Positions 43,837-53,436 of a stretch of 64,000 nt of DNA are shown in pieces. Source of the DNA: a virus (lineage: Duplodnaviria; Caudoviricetes); the IMG/VR virus record IMGVR_UViG_3300044506_000032, positions 9,814 to 73,813 of that record. One strand, given 5' to 3'. Within the stretch, counting starts at the first letter, position 1. The number at the start of each line of letters is the position of its first letter. The notes beneath the pieces are model-generated. The model did not search any database. It saw only the letters and a list, made by a program, of their open reading frames with translations, and was not told the origin of the DNA. The translations under genes and the position numbers were made by a program.

Positions 43837-45621
43837 ATGACCGTGCCGCTTCCGTCGATGCCGCTGCTGCAGGGCATGCCCGTCACGGACGCCCGCGCCC
43901 AGAACGCGCTGCCGACCTCGAACCAGCCGTGGCCGCCGGTCCGGTTCAACCCGGTGAACTACGACCAGCGCATCTGGTCCGCATGGTGGTCCGGCAGCCC
44001 GGACGAGCTGATGCGCGCCTACTACGCCATCGGCGCCAACAGTCCGCTGGGTCGCCAGTACTTCGCCACGACCGGCGAGGCCGGTGTCACTGCCCCGCGC
44101 CCGGGCCAGTTCCGCGGCGGCCTGCTCGGGTCGATCCGGCGGTTCTTTTGGGGGAACCCCACCCCTCCAGGAGAGAAGCGCACGAACTACCACGTGCCGA
44201 TCGCCGGCGACCTCGCCGCGACGTCGGCGAGCCTGCTGTTCGCACAGCCTCCGACGCTCAAGTTCGAGCAGAACTCGGGCACCCAGGACTACCTGTCCGA
44301 CCTGCTCGACGACGGCATGCACTCGACGCTGCTCGAGGCGGCGGAGTGCGCAGCAGCACTCGGCGGGGTCTTCCTGCGGGTCGTGTGGGACACCGACATC
44401 GCGGACAGGCCGTGGATCGACATCGTGCCGCCGGACTGTGCGGTGCCGGAGTTCCGGCACAACCGGCTGGTGGCGGTGACGTTCTGGACGGTGATCCGCG
44501 ACGAGGGCAAGGACGTTGTCCGGCACCTGGAGAAGCACATCCCCAGCCAGAACGTCATCCTGCACGGCGTGTACAAGGGCGACCAGCAGAAGCTCGGCCA
44601 GCCGATGGCGCTCACGGACTTCCCCGAGACCGCCCCGTACGCGCAGGGCATGTCGTCGGGCAACGCGATCGAGTTCCCCGACGCGCCGTTCGACGCCTCC
44701 ACGGTCGTGTACATCCCCAACATGCGGCCGAACCGCATCTGGCGGGACCTCGGCCCGCAGGCGGCGCCGCTCGGCCGCAGTGACTTCTCCGGCCTCGAAG
44801 GGCTGATGGACGGTCTCGACGAGGCGTTCTCGTCGTGGATGCGGGACATCCGCCTCGGCAAGGCAAGGCTGCTGGTACCGCACTCCTACCTGGACAACAT
44901 CGGCCGTGGCAAAGGCGCGGTTTTCGAGCCGGAGCGCGAGGTGTTCGTCCCGGTCGGAGGCCTGATCTCTGGTGAAGGCTCGATCGGCGACCAGATCATG
45001 CCGCAGCAGTTCAACATCCGCTGGCAGGAGCATCAGCAGACCTGCCAGAGCATCATCGAGACGATCGTCACGCAGGCCGGCTACTCGGGTCAGACGATGG
45101 GTCTCTCGGGTGACATCGCGCAGACCGCGACGGAGGTCGTTGCGCGGGAGCGGAAGTCGCTGACGACCCGCGGCAAGAAGATCAACTATTGGCGGCCTGC
45201 TCTCGCCGACATCATCTACGGCCTCATGGCGATCTCCAACTCGGTGTTCGGCGAGGACATCACCCCGGTCCGCCCCGACGTCGAGTTCCCCGACGCGGTC
45301 CTCCCAGACCAGCTGGAGCTCGCACAGACCGTGGCCGCGCTCCGCGGCGCCGAGGCCGCGTCCATCGAAACCGCGGTCGCCACGGTCCACCCGGACTGGA
45401 CCCCGCAGGACGTCGCCAACGAGGTCCAGCGGATCTACCAGGAGATGGACATCGACATCCTCTCCCGCGCGAAGGTCGCAATCGGCGGCCAGCCCGGCCA
45501 GTCCGTGGCCGAGGCGCTGGAAGAGATCCCGGACGCGATCGGCGCAACCGACGTCGCCCAGCAGGCCGAGGCCCTTGCGGACGTCTCCGACATGTACGAG
45601 TCCCAGGACGAAGCCCAGTGA
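43837..45621 (+). CDS. Portal protein (SPP1/A118-like)
   Basis: Position after TerL; SLLF..P, AAALGGVFL..WD, YIPN, GRSDF, TATE. Confidence 0.9.
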   Translation: MTVPLPSMPLLQGMPVTDARAQNALPTSNQPWPPVRFNPVNYDQRIWSAWWSGSPDELMRAYYAIGANSPLGRQYFATTGEAGVTAPRPGQFRGGLLGSIRRFFWGNPTPPGEKRTNYHVPIAGDLAATSASLLFAQPPTLKFEQNSGTQDYLSDLLDDGMHSTLLEAAECAAALGGVFLRVVWDTDIADRPWIDIVPPDCAVPEFRHNRLVAVTFWTVIRDEGKDVVRHLEKHIPSQNVILHGVYKGDQQKLGQPMALTDFPETAPYAQGMSSGNAIEFPDAPFDASTVVYIPNMRPNRIWRDLGPQAAPLGRSDFSGLEGLMDGLDEAFSSWMRDIRLGKARLLVPHSYLDNIGRGKGAVFEPEREVFVPVGGLISGEGSIGDQIMPQQFNIRWQEHQQTCQSIIETIVTQAGYSGQTMGLSGDIAQTATEVVARERKSLTTRGKKINYWRPALADIIYGLMAISNSVFGEDITPVRPDVEFPDAVLPDQLELAQTVAALRGAEAASIETAVATVHPDWTPQDVANEVQRIYQEMDIDILSRAKVAIGGQPGQSVAEALEEIPDAIGATDVAQQAEALADVSDMYESQDEAQ

Positions 45622-45633
45622 GAGGACACCGCC

Positions 45634-45900
45634 GTGGCTGAGAAGTCCCCGAAGCTCACCGCTGCCAAGCGGCGCGCGATGCCCAAGTCGCAGTTCGCGC
45701 TGCCCGGCAAGGATCCGGACGTCCCCGGTGCGAAGGGCCAGTACCCGATCGACACCCCCGGCCGCGCCCGCAACGCGCTCGCCCGCGTCGCCCAAGACGG
45801 CACTCCCAACGAGCAGGCGAAGGTCAAGGCCGCGGTCCGCGAGAAGTACCCCTCCATCGCCGTGGACGGGAAGAAGCGCACGCCGAGGAAGGGCAAGTAG
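45634..45900 (+). CDS. DUF6582-like basic protein
   Basis: RRAMPKSQFALP..YPID..ARNALARVAQ. Confidence 0.65.
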   Translation: MAEKSPKLTAAKRRAMPKSQFALPGKDPDVPGAKGQYPIDTPGRARNALARVAQDGTPNEQAKVKAAVREKYPSIAVDGKKRTPRKGK

Positions 45901-45902
45901 CG

Positions 45903-46118
45903 ATGGCCGGCACCCCGCAGAACGCTCAGCGTCGCACCGCCGGCGCACCGGACGCCACCAAGCCCGCGCAGTTGGCAGCCAGCACCGCGCGCACTCCGAC
46001 GCACGCCGTCACCGGGCCCAGCATGTGGGAGAACGGCTGCGACCCGGTGGCCACCCCCGATGGGCCCCCGGCGCTGCGCGGCACCGCCGCGACCGACATC
46101 GACCCGGCCTGCATGTGA
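45903..46118 (+). CDS. Small Ala/Pro/Thr-rich protein
   Basis: Closely spaced in operon. Confidence 0.5.
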   Translation: MAGTPQNAQRRTAGAPDATKPAQLAASTARTPTHAVTGPSMWENGCDPVATPDGPPALRGTAATDIDPACM

Positions 46119-46354
46119 ACGCCCCCGCCGCGCCAGAGCCGCCCAGGGGCAAGCACGTCCAGTCGCGTGTGCCCTCCGCGCAGATCAAGCCCACCCCGGC
46201 ATTCACGCCGCACCAGCCGGCGCAGGTCACGCAGACCGTCGGCGTGAACCCGGACCCGCCTGCCGAGCGGCAGGCCTCGGTGCCCGCTGACACCAGCCTC
46301 CCGGTGGTCGTCGGCAGCCCGACCGGCTTCACGCCGTTCATGAACCAGTACTGA
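46115..46354 (+). CDS. Small Pro-rich protein
   Basis: GTGA overlap. Confidence 0.5.
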   Translation: MNAPAAPEPPRGKHVQSRVPSAQIKPTPAFTPHQPAQVTQTVGVNPDPPAERQASVPADTSLPVVVGSPTGFTPFMNQY

Positions 46355-46364
46355 GGAGTTCCTG

Positions 46365-46547
46365 ATGGCCAAGTCGATGCCGCGGGCCGGGCGCCCGCAC
46401 AAGACCCCCGGCTCGCAGCCTCCGCCGCGCAAGGGCGGCGCGACCGAGGGCGGCGGCACGATGCGGGAGCGGGCGCGCCTCGTCGAGCCGGGCCAGAACA
46501 CGGACGCCACCGCGGAGCCGGAGCCGCAGGGCGGCGCCGGGTCGTGA
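46365..46547 (+). CDS. Small basic protein
   Basis: GAGGAG RBS. Confidence 0.55.
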   Translation: MAKSMPRAGRPHKTPGSQPPPRKGGATEGGGTMRERARLVEPGQNTDATAEPEPQGGAGS

Positions 46548-46550
46548 CCG

Positions 46551-47630
46551 ATGGCCACACCGCAGCCGTCGACGCCCGGTGATCGTCGGGAGGACTACGC
46601 CCAGCAGGTAGCCGCCACGGTCGCGGCCGTCTTCGCCCAGGCCGAGCTCGTCGTGCTCGCGACGATCGCCACGCTGGCCAAGCGCGTCGCCGCGGGCGGC
46701 CTTCTTCCCGCGGTCGCTGGCCGCCGACTGTCGCAGACGAGCAGCGCCGTGTTCGGCGCCGCCATGCAGCGTGCCGCCGCCACCTACGGTCCCGCCTGGG
46801 AAGCGCCGGGTCCGTCACTGGAGGCTGCCGTGCAGACAGCCTCCGCGGCGGCCGAGGACGCGCTGACGGCCGCGGTCACCGCAGCTGCCATCCCGCCAAG
46901 TACGGGGGTGGCTGCTCCGGTCGTCGCTGTCTCACCGTTCCGTGCGGCCGTCGGCCAGGCGATCGCGTCGTCCCGCGGCGGGCTCCCCGCGACGTCGCTG
47001 TCCCTCTCGCGGGTGCAGGCAGCGCAGAAGGCCCTCGACGACCTCGCGGCCCGAGGCCTGACCGGGTTCGTCGACAAGGCCGGGCGCCGCTGGGACCTTG
47101 TCTCCTACGTGGAGATGGCCACCCGCACGGCCGTGTCCAACGCGTGGGACGAGCACCAGGCCGCTGCACTCATCCGGGCCGGCATCGACCTCGTGCTGGT
47201 CGGCACGCACAGCACCGAGGGCTCGTGCCCCAGGTGTCTGCCGTGGCTGGGCCGCACCCTGTCACTCGCTGGCGCTACGCCGGACTACCCGACGCTCGCT
47301 GACGCGAGGGCGGCCGGGTTCCGGCACCCGAACTGTCGGTGTTCCTGGGCGCCCATCGGCGCGGACATCGCAGCCGAGGTCACTAACCCGGTCGATGTCG
47401 AGCGTGCGGCAGCTGCCTACGCGGCGTCGCAGCGCCAGCGGGCCTTGGAGCGCCGGGTGCGTGCCGCGCACCGCCGAACCGCCACCGCGGCCACTCCGGC
47501 AACGCGTGCGAAGGCGCGCCGTGATCTGCGCGCCGCCCAGACGGCAGCCGATCAGCACCGCCAGCGCTCTGGCGTGGTGATGACGAACGCCTCGGCCAGG
47601 CGACGGCAGCACCCGTTCCACGCTCGCTGA
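46551..47630 (+). CDS. Phage minor capsid protein (min_cap2/MuF-like)
   Basis: GFVDKAGRRWDLVSYVEMATRT, CPRC.PW.G, FRHPNCRCS. Confidence 0.85.
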   Translation: MATPQPSTPGDRREDYAQQVAATVAAVFAQAELVVLATIATLAKRVAAGGLLPAVAGRRLSQTSSAVFGAAMQRAAATYGPAWEAPGPSLEAAVQTASAAAEDALTAAVTAAAIPPSTGVAAPVVAVSPFRAAVGQAIASSRGGLPATSLSLSRVQAAQKALDDLAARGLTGFVDKAGRRWDLVSYVEMATRTAVSNAWDEHQAAALIRAGIDLVLVGTHSTEGSCPRCLPWLGRTLSLAGATPDYPTLADARAAGFRHPNCRCSWAPIGADIAAEVTNPVDVERAAAAYAASQRQRALERRVRAAHRRTATAATPATRAKARRDLRAAQTAADQHRQRSGVVMTNASARRRQHPFHAR

Positions 47631-47639
47631 CCGCGGCGT

Positions 47640-47927
47640 TCAGGGCTGAGTCCGCCTCAGGTGGCCGAGGATCTGCTCTGCCCAGACGGCGGCGAGCAGC
47701 GTGCCAGTCGCCGTCTGTGGCGCGGGCGTCTCGCGCGGGAGCGGCATGCCAGTGCACACCGGGGCATGCGCGGCCGCCAGCTCGCTGATATCCAGCGGGT
47801 TCAGGCCGTCGATGCCCGTGTGCCAGTCGCAGTGCTCCCGGTGGTGCCCCAGCTCGGAGCCACCTCCGTACTGGCCCTCGTTGGCGACGCGGAACGCCGC
47901 CCAGTCCACCTGCTGCACATCGCTCAT
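47640..47927 (-). CDS. Hypothetical protein, antisense in the head module
   Basis: Fills the gap between two head genes; GC3 bias on the minus strand. Confidence 0.5.
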   Translation of the reverse strand: MSDVQQVDWAAFRVANEGQYGGGSELGHHREHCDWHTGIDGLNPLDISELAAAHAPVCTGMPLPRETPAPQTATGTLLAAVWAEQILGHLRRTQP

Positions 47928-48055
47928 GGGCCAACGGCACGACCCTCACAGACCACCCGCCCCCTCGTGGGCGGGTTCGGCGGCCGGCCGGTCCAGCCGC
48001 CAACACCCCAACGCGACCCGCCCGGTGCGGGCCACGACGCCCCCGGAGGGCAGCA

Positions 48056-48958
48056 ATGCAGCACCGAACCCTGTCGACGCCGCCTGGCGTGGTGCTCGGC
48101 TACCGCAAGAACGGCCAGCCCATCTATCCCATCGCGGGAGGCTCCGGAGAGGACGGCGCAGACGCCGGCACCGGCAGCGCACCCGCCGCAGGAGACACGG
48201 GCCAGCCTGCAACTCCCGCCGTGCCCCCCGCAGGCGAACCCGCTCCGGCTGGGACGGCAGCAACAAGCGAGGCCGCCAGCACGGCAGGCGAACCGAGCGC
48301 CGACGCGGGCAAGACCGACCGAGTCATCTCCGCGATCCGCGAAGACTTCAAGGCCGAGCGCACCAAGCGCCAGGAAGCCGAGAAGCGCCTCACGGACATG
48401 CAGGCCGCGCTCGACGCGGACAAGGCCGACCGCGCCAAGCGCGACAAGGCCCTCGCCGTTGCCCTCGGTTTCGCATCCGACGAGGCACCGCCGGACCCGG
48501 CCAAGCTCGCCGCCGACCTGCAGGCCGCCAAGGAGCAGGCCAGCGCCGACCTCGCGCAGCGCGATGGCGCCCTGCGCGCACAGCAGGTCGAGCTTGCGGT
48601 TCTCCGCAACGCGGCCAAGCACGGCGGCAACGGCGACGCGCTCCTGGACTCCCGCTCGTTCATGAACGCGGTCCAGGGCCTCGACCCGGGCGCCGAGGAC
48701 TTCGCCGACAAGCTCGGCGACGCCATCAAGACCGCTGTCGCGTCGGGCTCCCAGTTCAAGTCCCCCGCCGCCGAGCCCGCCCCGCCGAGGCAGCCGATCC
48801 CGGCGCGTTCCGGCCCCGAGTTCAACAGTGCTCCCGGCGGAAACCGGCAGTGGACCCTCGACGACATCCAGCGCGCGAGCGCATCGGAGGTCGTCGCCGC
48901 CCAGGACGCGGGTCTTCTCCTCGACCTCGGCTACGCGCCCAGGAAGAAGTCCCGCTGA
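48056..48958 (+). CDS. Capsid scaffolding protein
   Basis: LGYRKNGQPIYPIAGG leader, coiled coil, LLDSRSF; precedes the capsid gene. Confidence 0.85.
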   Translation: MQHRTLSTPPGVVLGYRKNGQPIYPIAGGSGEDGADAGTGSAPAAGDTGQPATPAVPPAGEPAPAGTAATSEAASTAGEPSADAGKTDRVISAIREDFKAERTKRQEAEKRLTDMQAALDADKADRAKRDKALAVALGFASDEAPPDPAKLAADLQAAKEQASADLAQRDGALRAQQVELAVLRNAAKHGGNGDALLDSRSFMNAVQGLDPGAEDFADKLGDAIKTAVASGSQFKSPAAEPAPPRQPIPARSGPEFNSAPGGNRQWTLDDIQRASASEVVAAQDAGLLLDLGYAPRKKSR

Positions 48959-48999
48959 CCCAGTCGCGCACGGAAGTCCCCGTGCGCTTGTGACGCAAC

Positions 49000-49030
49000 G
49001 CCCCGGCGAATCCGTCGGGGCTTTTCCATG
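49000..49030 (+). terminator. Hairpin plus TTTTCCATGC before the capsid gene
   Basis: GCCCCGGCG/CGTCGGGGC stem. Confidence 0.5.
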
Positions 49031-49047
49031 CGCAGAAAGGGACAGAC

Positions 49048-49962
49048 GTGTCGTTTGTCAACTTTATCCCGCAGATCTGGAGCAAGGTCATCCTGGCCGC
49101 GCTCCAGAAGAAGCTCGTCTACGGCTCCCCGATGGTCGTCAACAACGACTACGAGGGCGAGATCAGCGGCCCGGGCAACACCGTCCGGATCACCCAGTTC
49201 TCGGACCCGACGATCTCCAACTACACGCCGGGCAGCACCATCACCTACGAGCAGCTGTCCGACGCCGGCCTGTCGCTCCTCATCGACCAGGCCAAGACGT
49301 TCAGCTTCGCGATCGACGACGTCGACCGCCGTCAGGCCGCCGGCGACATGCAGGCCTACCTCGAAGGCCGTGCCGCGTACCGGCTCGCGGACGCCGCGGA
49401 CCAGTTCATCGCCTCGAAGTACACCCAGGTCGCGACCGGCAACACCATCGGCTCGACCGGCTCCCCGCTGACCCCGCTGCCGTACAGCATCGGCGGCGCC
49501 AGCACCTGGCACCCGGCCGACTTCTACACGCAGGTCACCGAGCCGCTGAAGGTCATCCTCGACCAGAACAACGTCCCCGACGAGGACCGGTACATCGTCG
49601 TGCCGCCGTGGGCCGAGTCCCTGCTGTCCCAGACCCAGGCGTTCGTGTCCGTCACGGACATGCAGGGCCAGCCGTCGGAGACGTTCCAGCGTGGCTTCAT
49701 GGGCCAGGTGTCCGGCTTCAACGTCCTGAAGTCGAACAACGTCCCGCAGCCCGTCGCCGGCGGCGCCGGGACTGGCGTGTGGGCGATCCAGGCGGGCCAC
49801 CCGATGGGCATCACCTACGGCGAGCAGATCACCGAGACGGAAGCACTCAGGCTTCAGACTACGATCGCAGATGGGGTGCGTGGTCTGCACGTCTACGGGG
49901 CCAAGATGGTCCGTCCGGACTGCGCCGCTGTCGCCTACGTCCAGCGCCCTGCCGGCATCTGA
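49048..49962 (+). CDS. Major capsid protein
   Basis: FIPQIWS..N.DYEGEI..GNTVRI, IDQAKTF.F.IDDVD, VRGLHVYGAK. Confidence 0.92.
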   Translation: MSFVNFIPQIWSKVILAALQKKLVYGSPMVVNNDYEGEISGPGNTVRITQFSDPTISNYTPGSTITYEQLSDAGLSLLIDQAKTFSFAIDDVDRRQAAGDMQAYLEGRAAYRLADAADQFIASKYTQVATGNTIGSTGSPLTPLPYSIGGASTWHPADFYTQVTEPLKVILDQNNVPDEDRYIVVPPWAESLLSQTQAFVSVTDMQGQPSETFQRGFMGQVSGFNVLKSNNVPQPVAGGAGTGVWAIQAGHPMGITYGEQITETEALRLQTTIADGVRGLHVYGAKMVRPDCAAVAYVQRPAGI

Positions 49963-50081
49963 CCTGCGATTTTGGCCGCGTGGCCAGTTTCTAGCTGGCC
50001 TTGCTGCAGTGGACGTTCCGTGCCAGTGAATGTGTTCATGGAATGCATTCATGGTTTTACAGAACGCGGTATTATCAGAGG

Positions 50082-51095
50082 GTGGACATTCTCTGTGAGA
50101 TCGACCGCTGCCCGGAGCCTGCCGAAGCGCGCGGCTGGTGCCGAACGCATTACCAACGGTGGTACCGCCACGGTGACCCGCTCGCGCTCATGCGGGCACC
50201 GGAGACCGGCGGCATCTACCAGATCACCGGCCCTGAAGGCTGCATCTACATCGGCTCGTCGGACAACGTGCGACGACGATGGAAGGCGCACAAAGCCCGC
50301 CTGCGTCGGAGGGTGCACCACAACCGCCTCCTCCAAGGCAGTTGGGACGAGCACGGCGAAGCGGGCTTCACGTTCGCTCTGCTGGAAGAGGTGCCCGATC
50401 CGGCTCTGCTGATCTCCACAGAGCAGCGCCACCTTGATGCAGCGAAGGCTGCGGGCCGCGCCGTCTTCAACCTGGCCTCTGACATACGGAGTCCCGCTCG
50501 GGGCCTCGTTCACACGTCGGAAGCCCGGCGCAAGATGAGCAACGCGGCAAAAGCTGCCTGCCTCAACCCGAACAACCTGGTCGGGAAAAGCCGCCGCGTT
50601 CAGGGTGACCGCAACCCGTCCAGCAAGCTGGACGAGGCGACGGTCCGTGTGATTTGCGATCGGCTGCTTGCTGGTACGCATCCTGCCGAGTTGGCCGCTG
50701 AGGTGGGTGTCTCGGAGAGCGCGGTGTACCAGATCCGGCGTGGCCAGATCTGGATGCACGTCGTGACGCCCGAGTTGGCGGCTGCGATGAAGGCGGTTCG
50801 TCAGAGCGGTTGGGTGAAGCGCCAGGTGACTGACGAGCAGCGCGCTCGGATTGCTGCGGTAGGCCGCGAGAACCGGGGTAGGGCTGTCTCGGCAGCGCGG
50901 CGTGAGCAGATCTCGCAGCAGTCGCGCGGCGCCGGCAACCCGAAGGCCAAACTCACCGAGAGCCAAGTCACGACGATCAAGCGCCTGCTCGCAACTGGCG
51001 CGCGGAACAAGGATCTGGCCGAACAGTTCGGTGTTCACCCGAACACCATCTCCAAGATCAAGCGCGGCGAGATCTGGCCGCACCTCACCACCTAA
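50082..51095 (+). CDS. Free-standing GIY-YIG homing endonuclease
   Basis: Zn finger C..C..RGWC..HYQRW; GIYQI..IYIGSS..RRW..H; two NP.(S/A)KL..HTH..I.RG.IW repeats; AGAGGG RBS then GTG. Confidence 0.85.
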   Translation: MDILCEIDRCPEPAEARGWCRTHYQRWYRHGDPLALMRAPETGGIYQITGPEGCIYIGSSDNVRRRWKAHKARLRRRVHHNRLLQGSWDEHGEAGFTFALLEEVPDPALLISTEQRHLDAAKAAGRAVFNLASDIRSPARGLVHTSEARRKMSNAAKAACLNPNNLVGKSRRVQGDRNPSSKLDEATVRVICDRLLAGTHPAELAAEVGVSESAVYQIRRGQIWMHVVTPELAAAMKAVRQSGWVKRQVTDEQRARIAAVGRENRGRAVSAARREQISQQSRGAGNPKAKLTESQVTTIKRLLATGARNKDLAEQFGVHPNTISKIKRGEIWPHLTT

Positions 51096-51145
51096 GGGGC
51101 GGGAGCCTTCTCCTGCCCCGCTTCAAGGCAGGAGAACTCCTCCCC

Positions 51146-51604
51146 ATGGCAGCACGTACCGCGCTCACTCCCGTCCAGCTGGCCTACGACTCCGGTGTCG
51201 CCCAGGGCGCCAGCGGCACCGTGGACGCCACGAACGGGAACGTCGTCGCGTTCAACTCGGCCGGTAGCCCGGCCACGTTCGGCCCGTTCCAGGTGGTCCT
51301 CGTGGTCACCAACGCCGACACGGTCTCGCACAACATCATCATCCGCGGGTCCGGCTACACCGGCACGCCGTCCGGTGCGGCGAACAGCGGCATCCCCTCG
51401 GCGTCCAACACGGTTTTCACGCAGGGCACCCTCGGGGACCTGACCGTGACCGTCGCGAATGCCTCCACGCAGGTCATCGGCCCGTTCACCACGGACCGTT
51501 TCGTGCAGCCGAACCACGTCAACGGCGGCGACCTGTGGCTCGACTGGTCCGCGTCCACCTCCATGTCGGTGTGGGTCTACCAGCTGCCGACCGTCGCTGT
51601 CTGA
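51146..51604 (+). CDS. Beta-rich virion protein (decoration-like)
   Basis: AGGAGA RBS; position; TALTPVQL..IGPFTTD. Confidence 0.6.
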   Translation: MAARTALTPVQLAYDSGVAQGASGTVDATNGNVVAFNSAGSPATFGPFQVVLVVTNADTVSHNIIIRGSGYTGTPSGAANSGIPSASNTVFTQGTLGDLTVTVANASTQVIGPFTTDRFVQPNHVNGGDLWLDWSASTSMSVWVYQLPTVAV

Positions 51605-51614
51605 GGCGGTCGCG

Positions 51615-51968
51615 ATGGCTGACTGGATCCACTTCATGACTCCCGCCGGTCATGTCATCGGCATGACGCTGCCGCTGCACGAGTCCATCGAGCAGCAGTG
51701 GCAGAACGGCGACCTGCAGCAGGTCAGCGAGGACGGCAGCTCGTGGGGCGAGCCGGACGTCGAGGGGGCCGCGCAGCAGTCGCACGCCGAGGGTGACATG
51801 CCGGAGGCCCCGGCGCGCCCGAAGGCGGCGGCGAACAAGACTGAGTGGCAGGACTACGCCGTCGCGCTCGGCGCCTGCACGGCGGAGGACGCTGCCGGCA
51901 TGACGAAGGCGCAGTTGGTGGAGCTCGCCACGCCGCGGGAGCTGTTGCCGCCCGACCCGGAGGTGTAG
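51615..51968 (+). CDS. Head-associated protein with C-terminal SAP/LEM-like motif
   Basis: RPKAAANKTEWQDYAVALG..AAGMTKAQLVE. Confidence 0.6.
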   Translation: MADWIHFMTPAGHVIGMTLPLHESIEQQWQNGDLQQVSEDGSSWGEPDVEGAAQQSHAEGDMPEAPARPKAAANKTEWQDYAVALGACTAEDAAGMTKAQLVELATPRELLPPDPEV

Positions 51969-51971
51969 AAG

Positions 51972-52709
51972 GTGACCGTCCCCTACAGCAGCGACCTCTA
52001 CAAGGCTGTCCTGCCTGGCGGGGCGGTCATCTTCACCGTGATGTTCGAGACGTACTACGGTTCCGGGCAGCCACAGCCGGTGTCCAACGTCTCGATCGCC
52101 ATCACTCTCAACGGGAGCTCCACCCCGACCTTGGGGCCGACGTCGACGGGCGTCGTGGCGGCGGACAACGCCAGCTACAGCTACCAGTGGCTGCCTGGCG
52201 TCACGGTGGCGCCTGGTGACTATTCGGTGCTGTGGTCGGCGATCGGCTCCTCGGGCACGGTCACCTACACGCAGGCCGTGACTGTGGCCGCGGCCCCCGC
52301 GGCGCTTCCCGCGCCCGGGGTGTACGCGAGCGTCGCTCAATACCGGTCCTGGTCTGGGGACCAGTTCAGCCCGGACGACCTTGTTACCGTCGCCCTGCGG
52401 CGCGGCACCGAGGTGATCGACCGGGCGCTGATCGGGGCGGTGTACGCCACCGATGCGGACGGGATGCCAACGGATGCCGGTGTGCTGAACGTCTTCATGC
52501 GGGCGACGTGCGCGCAGGCGCAGTTCATCCTGGCGAACAATGACTTTGCGAACGTGAAGTCGCAGTTCGCCAGTACGTCGATGGGTGGTGTCTCGCAGAC
52601 CCGCGCGTCGTCTGCGCAGAACCAGATGTTTCCGCCGTTGGCGCCGCAGGCCGCCGCGATCCTCCAGGTCGCAGGCGTTCTTCCCGGCGCGCCTTTGGTG
52701 AACTGGTAG
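51972..52709 (+). CDS. Head-tail adaptor with extra N-terminal beta domain
   Basis: YASVAQY..LRRGTEVID..A.Y..RATCAQAQF. Confidence 0.75.
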   Translation: MTVPYSSDLYKAVLPGGAVIFTVMFETYYGSGQPQPVSNVSIAITLNGSSTPTLGPTSTGVVAADNASYSYQWLPGVTVAPGDYSVLWSAIGSSGTVTYTQAVTVAAAPAALPAPGVYASVAQYRSWSGDQFSPDDLVTVALRRGTEVIDRALIGAVYATDADGMPTDAGVLNVFMRATCAQAQFILANNDFANVKSQFASTSMGGVSQTRASSAQNQMFPPLAPQAAAILQVAGVLPGAPLVNW

Positions 52710-52719
52710 GTGAGCTGCG

Positions 52720-53076
52720 GTGATGGAGCTGGCGAATACCCGTCTCACGATCATGCGTGGAACGGCTGCCAATCCGTACGGGGACGAGTCTGACGTCGGT
52801 CTGCCGATCTACCAGCATGTGCCGGCGGCGGTGAACGAGTCGTCGAAGACGGTGTTCGACCCGGCGACGCAGCGTCCGCAGACGATCCGCACGTCGAAGG
52901 CCGTGGTGGCGGGTTGGGTGGATGTCCTGAGCTCGGACACGATCATGGATGAGTCGACGGGCAACTACTACATGATCAATGACATCTCGCTGCAACCGAC
53001 CGGCCCGACCGGCATCGCCCCGGAAAAGATCCTCACGTTGAGGTGGCGGTCCGGCGTCAACGTCGGCTCCGACTAG
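52720..53076 (+). CDS. Head closure/stopper protein
   Basis: Synteny; NPYGDE..VPAAV. Confidence 0.65.
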   Translation: MMELANTRLTIMRGTAANPYGDESDVGLPIYQHVPAAVNESSKTVFDPATQRPQTIRTSKAVVAGWVDVLSSDTIMDESTGNYYMINDISLQPTGPTGIAPEKILTLRWRSGVNVGSD

Positions 53077-53085
53077 GAGGCGCCG

Positions 53086-53421
53086 ATGGCCAGTCACGCC
53101 GAGGTCAGCGACGACTGGGAGCCGCAAGTGGGCGCCGCTGTCGAGGCCTTCTTCCAGAACCGTCTCGGCCCGGACATCGCCGGAGACGCCCAGCGGTACT
53201 GCCCGGAAGACACGGGCTCCCTGAAGGACAGCATCGAGCACCACCTCGAAGGCGGCGACCTGATCGTCTCCGCGACTGGTGGTGCGGGTGGCCGCACCTA
53301 TGCCGCATATGTCGAGTTGGGTCACCGTGTCTATCACCCGTCGACCGGCGAGACAGGGCCCGAAGTGGTTCCGCCGAGTCCATTTTTGAGGCCGGCGCTG
53401 TTCCAGCAGCGCAGCGAGTAG
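53086..53421 (+). CDS. HK97 gp10-like tail completion protein
   Basis: AQRYCPEDTGSLKDSI, YAAYVELG, PFLRPAL. Confidence 0.85.
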   Translation: MASHAEVSDDWEPQVGAAVEAFFQNRLGPDIAGDAQRYCPEDTGSLKDSIEHHLEGGDLIVSATGGAGGRTYAAYVELGHRVYHPSTGETGPEVVPPSPFLRPALFQQRSE

Positions 53422-53436
53422 CCGAGGGGGTCGCCC

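Noticed and set aside
43807-45948. 713-aa minus-strand ORF
   Set aside because: Shadow of the portal gene
46551-47630. MuF-type polymorphic toxin fusion
   Set aside because: The protein ends shortly after the conserved coiled coil, with no toxin domain
49963-51145. Group I intron in the capsid gene
   Set aside because: The capsid ORF ends intact at 49962 and no intron core was recognised; the endonuclease is free-standing
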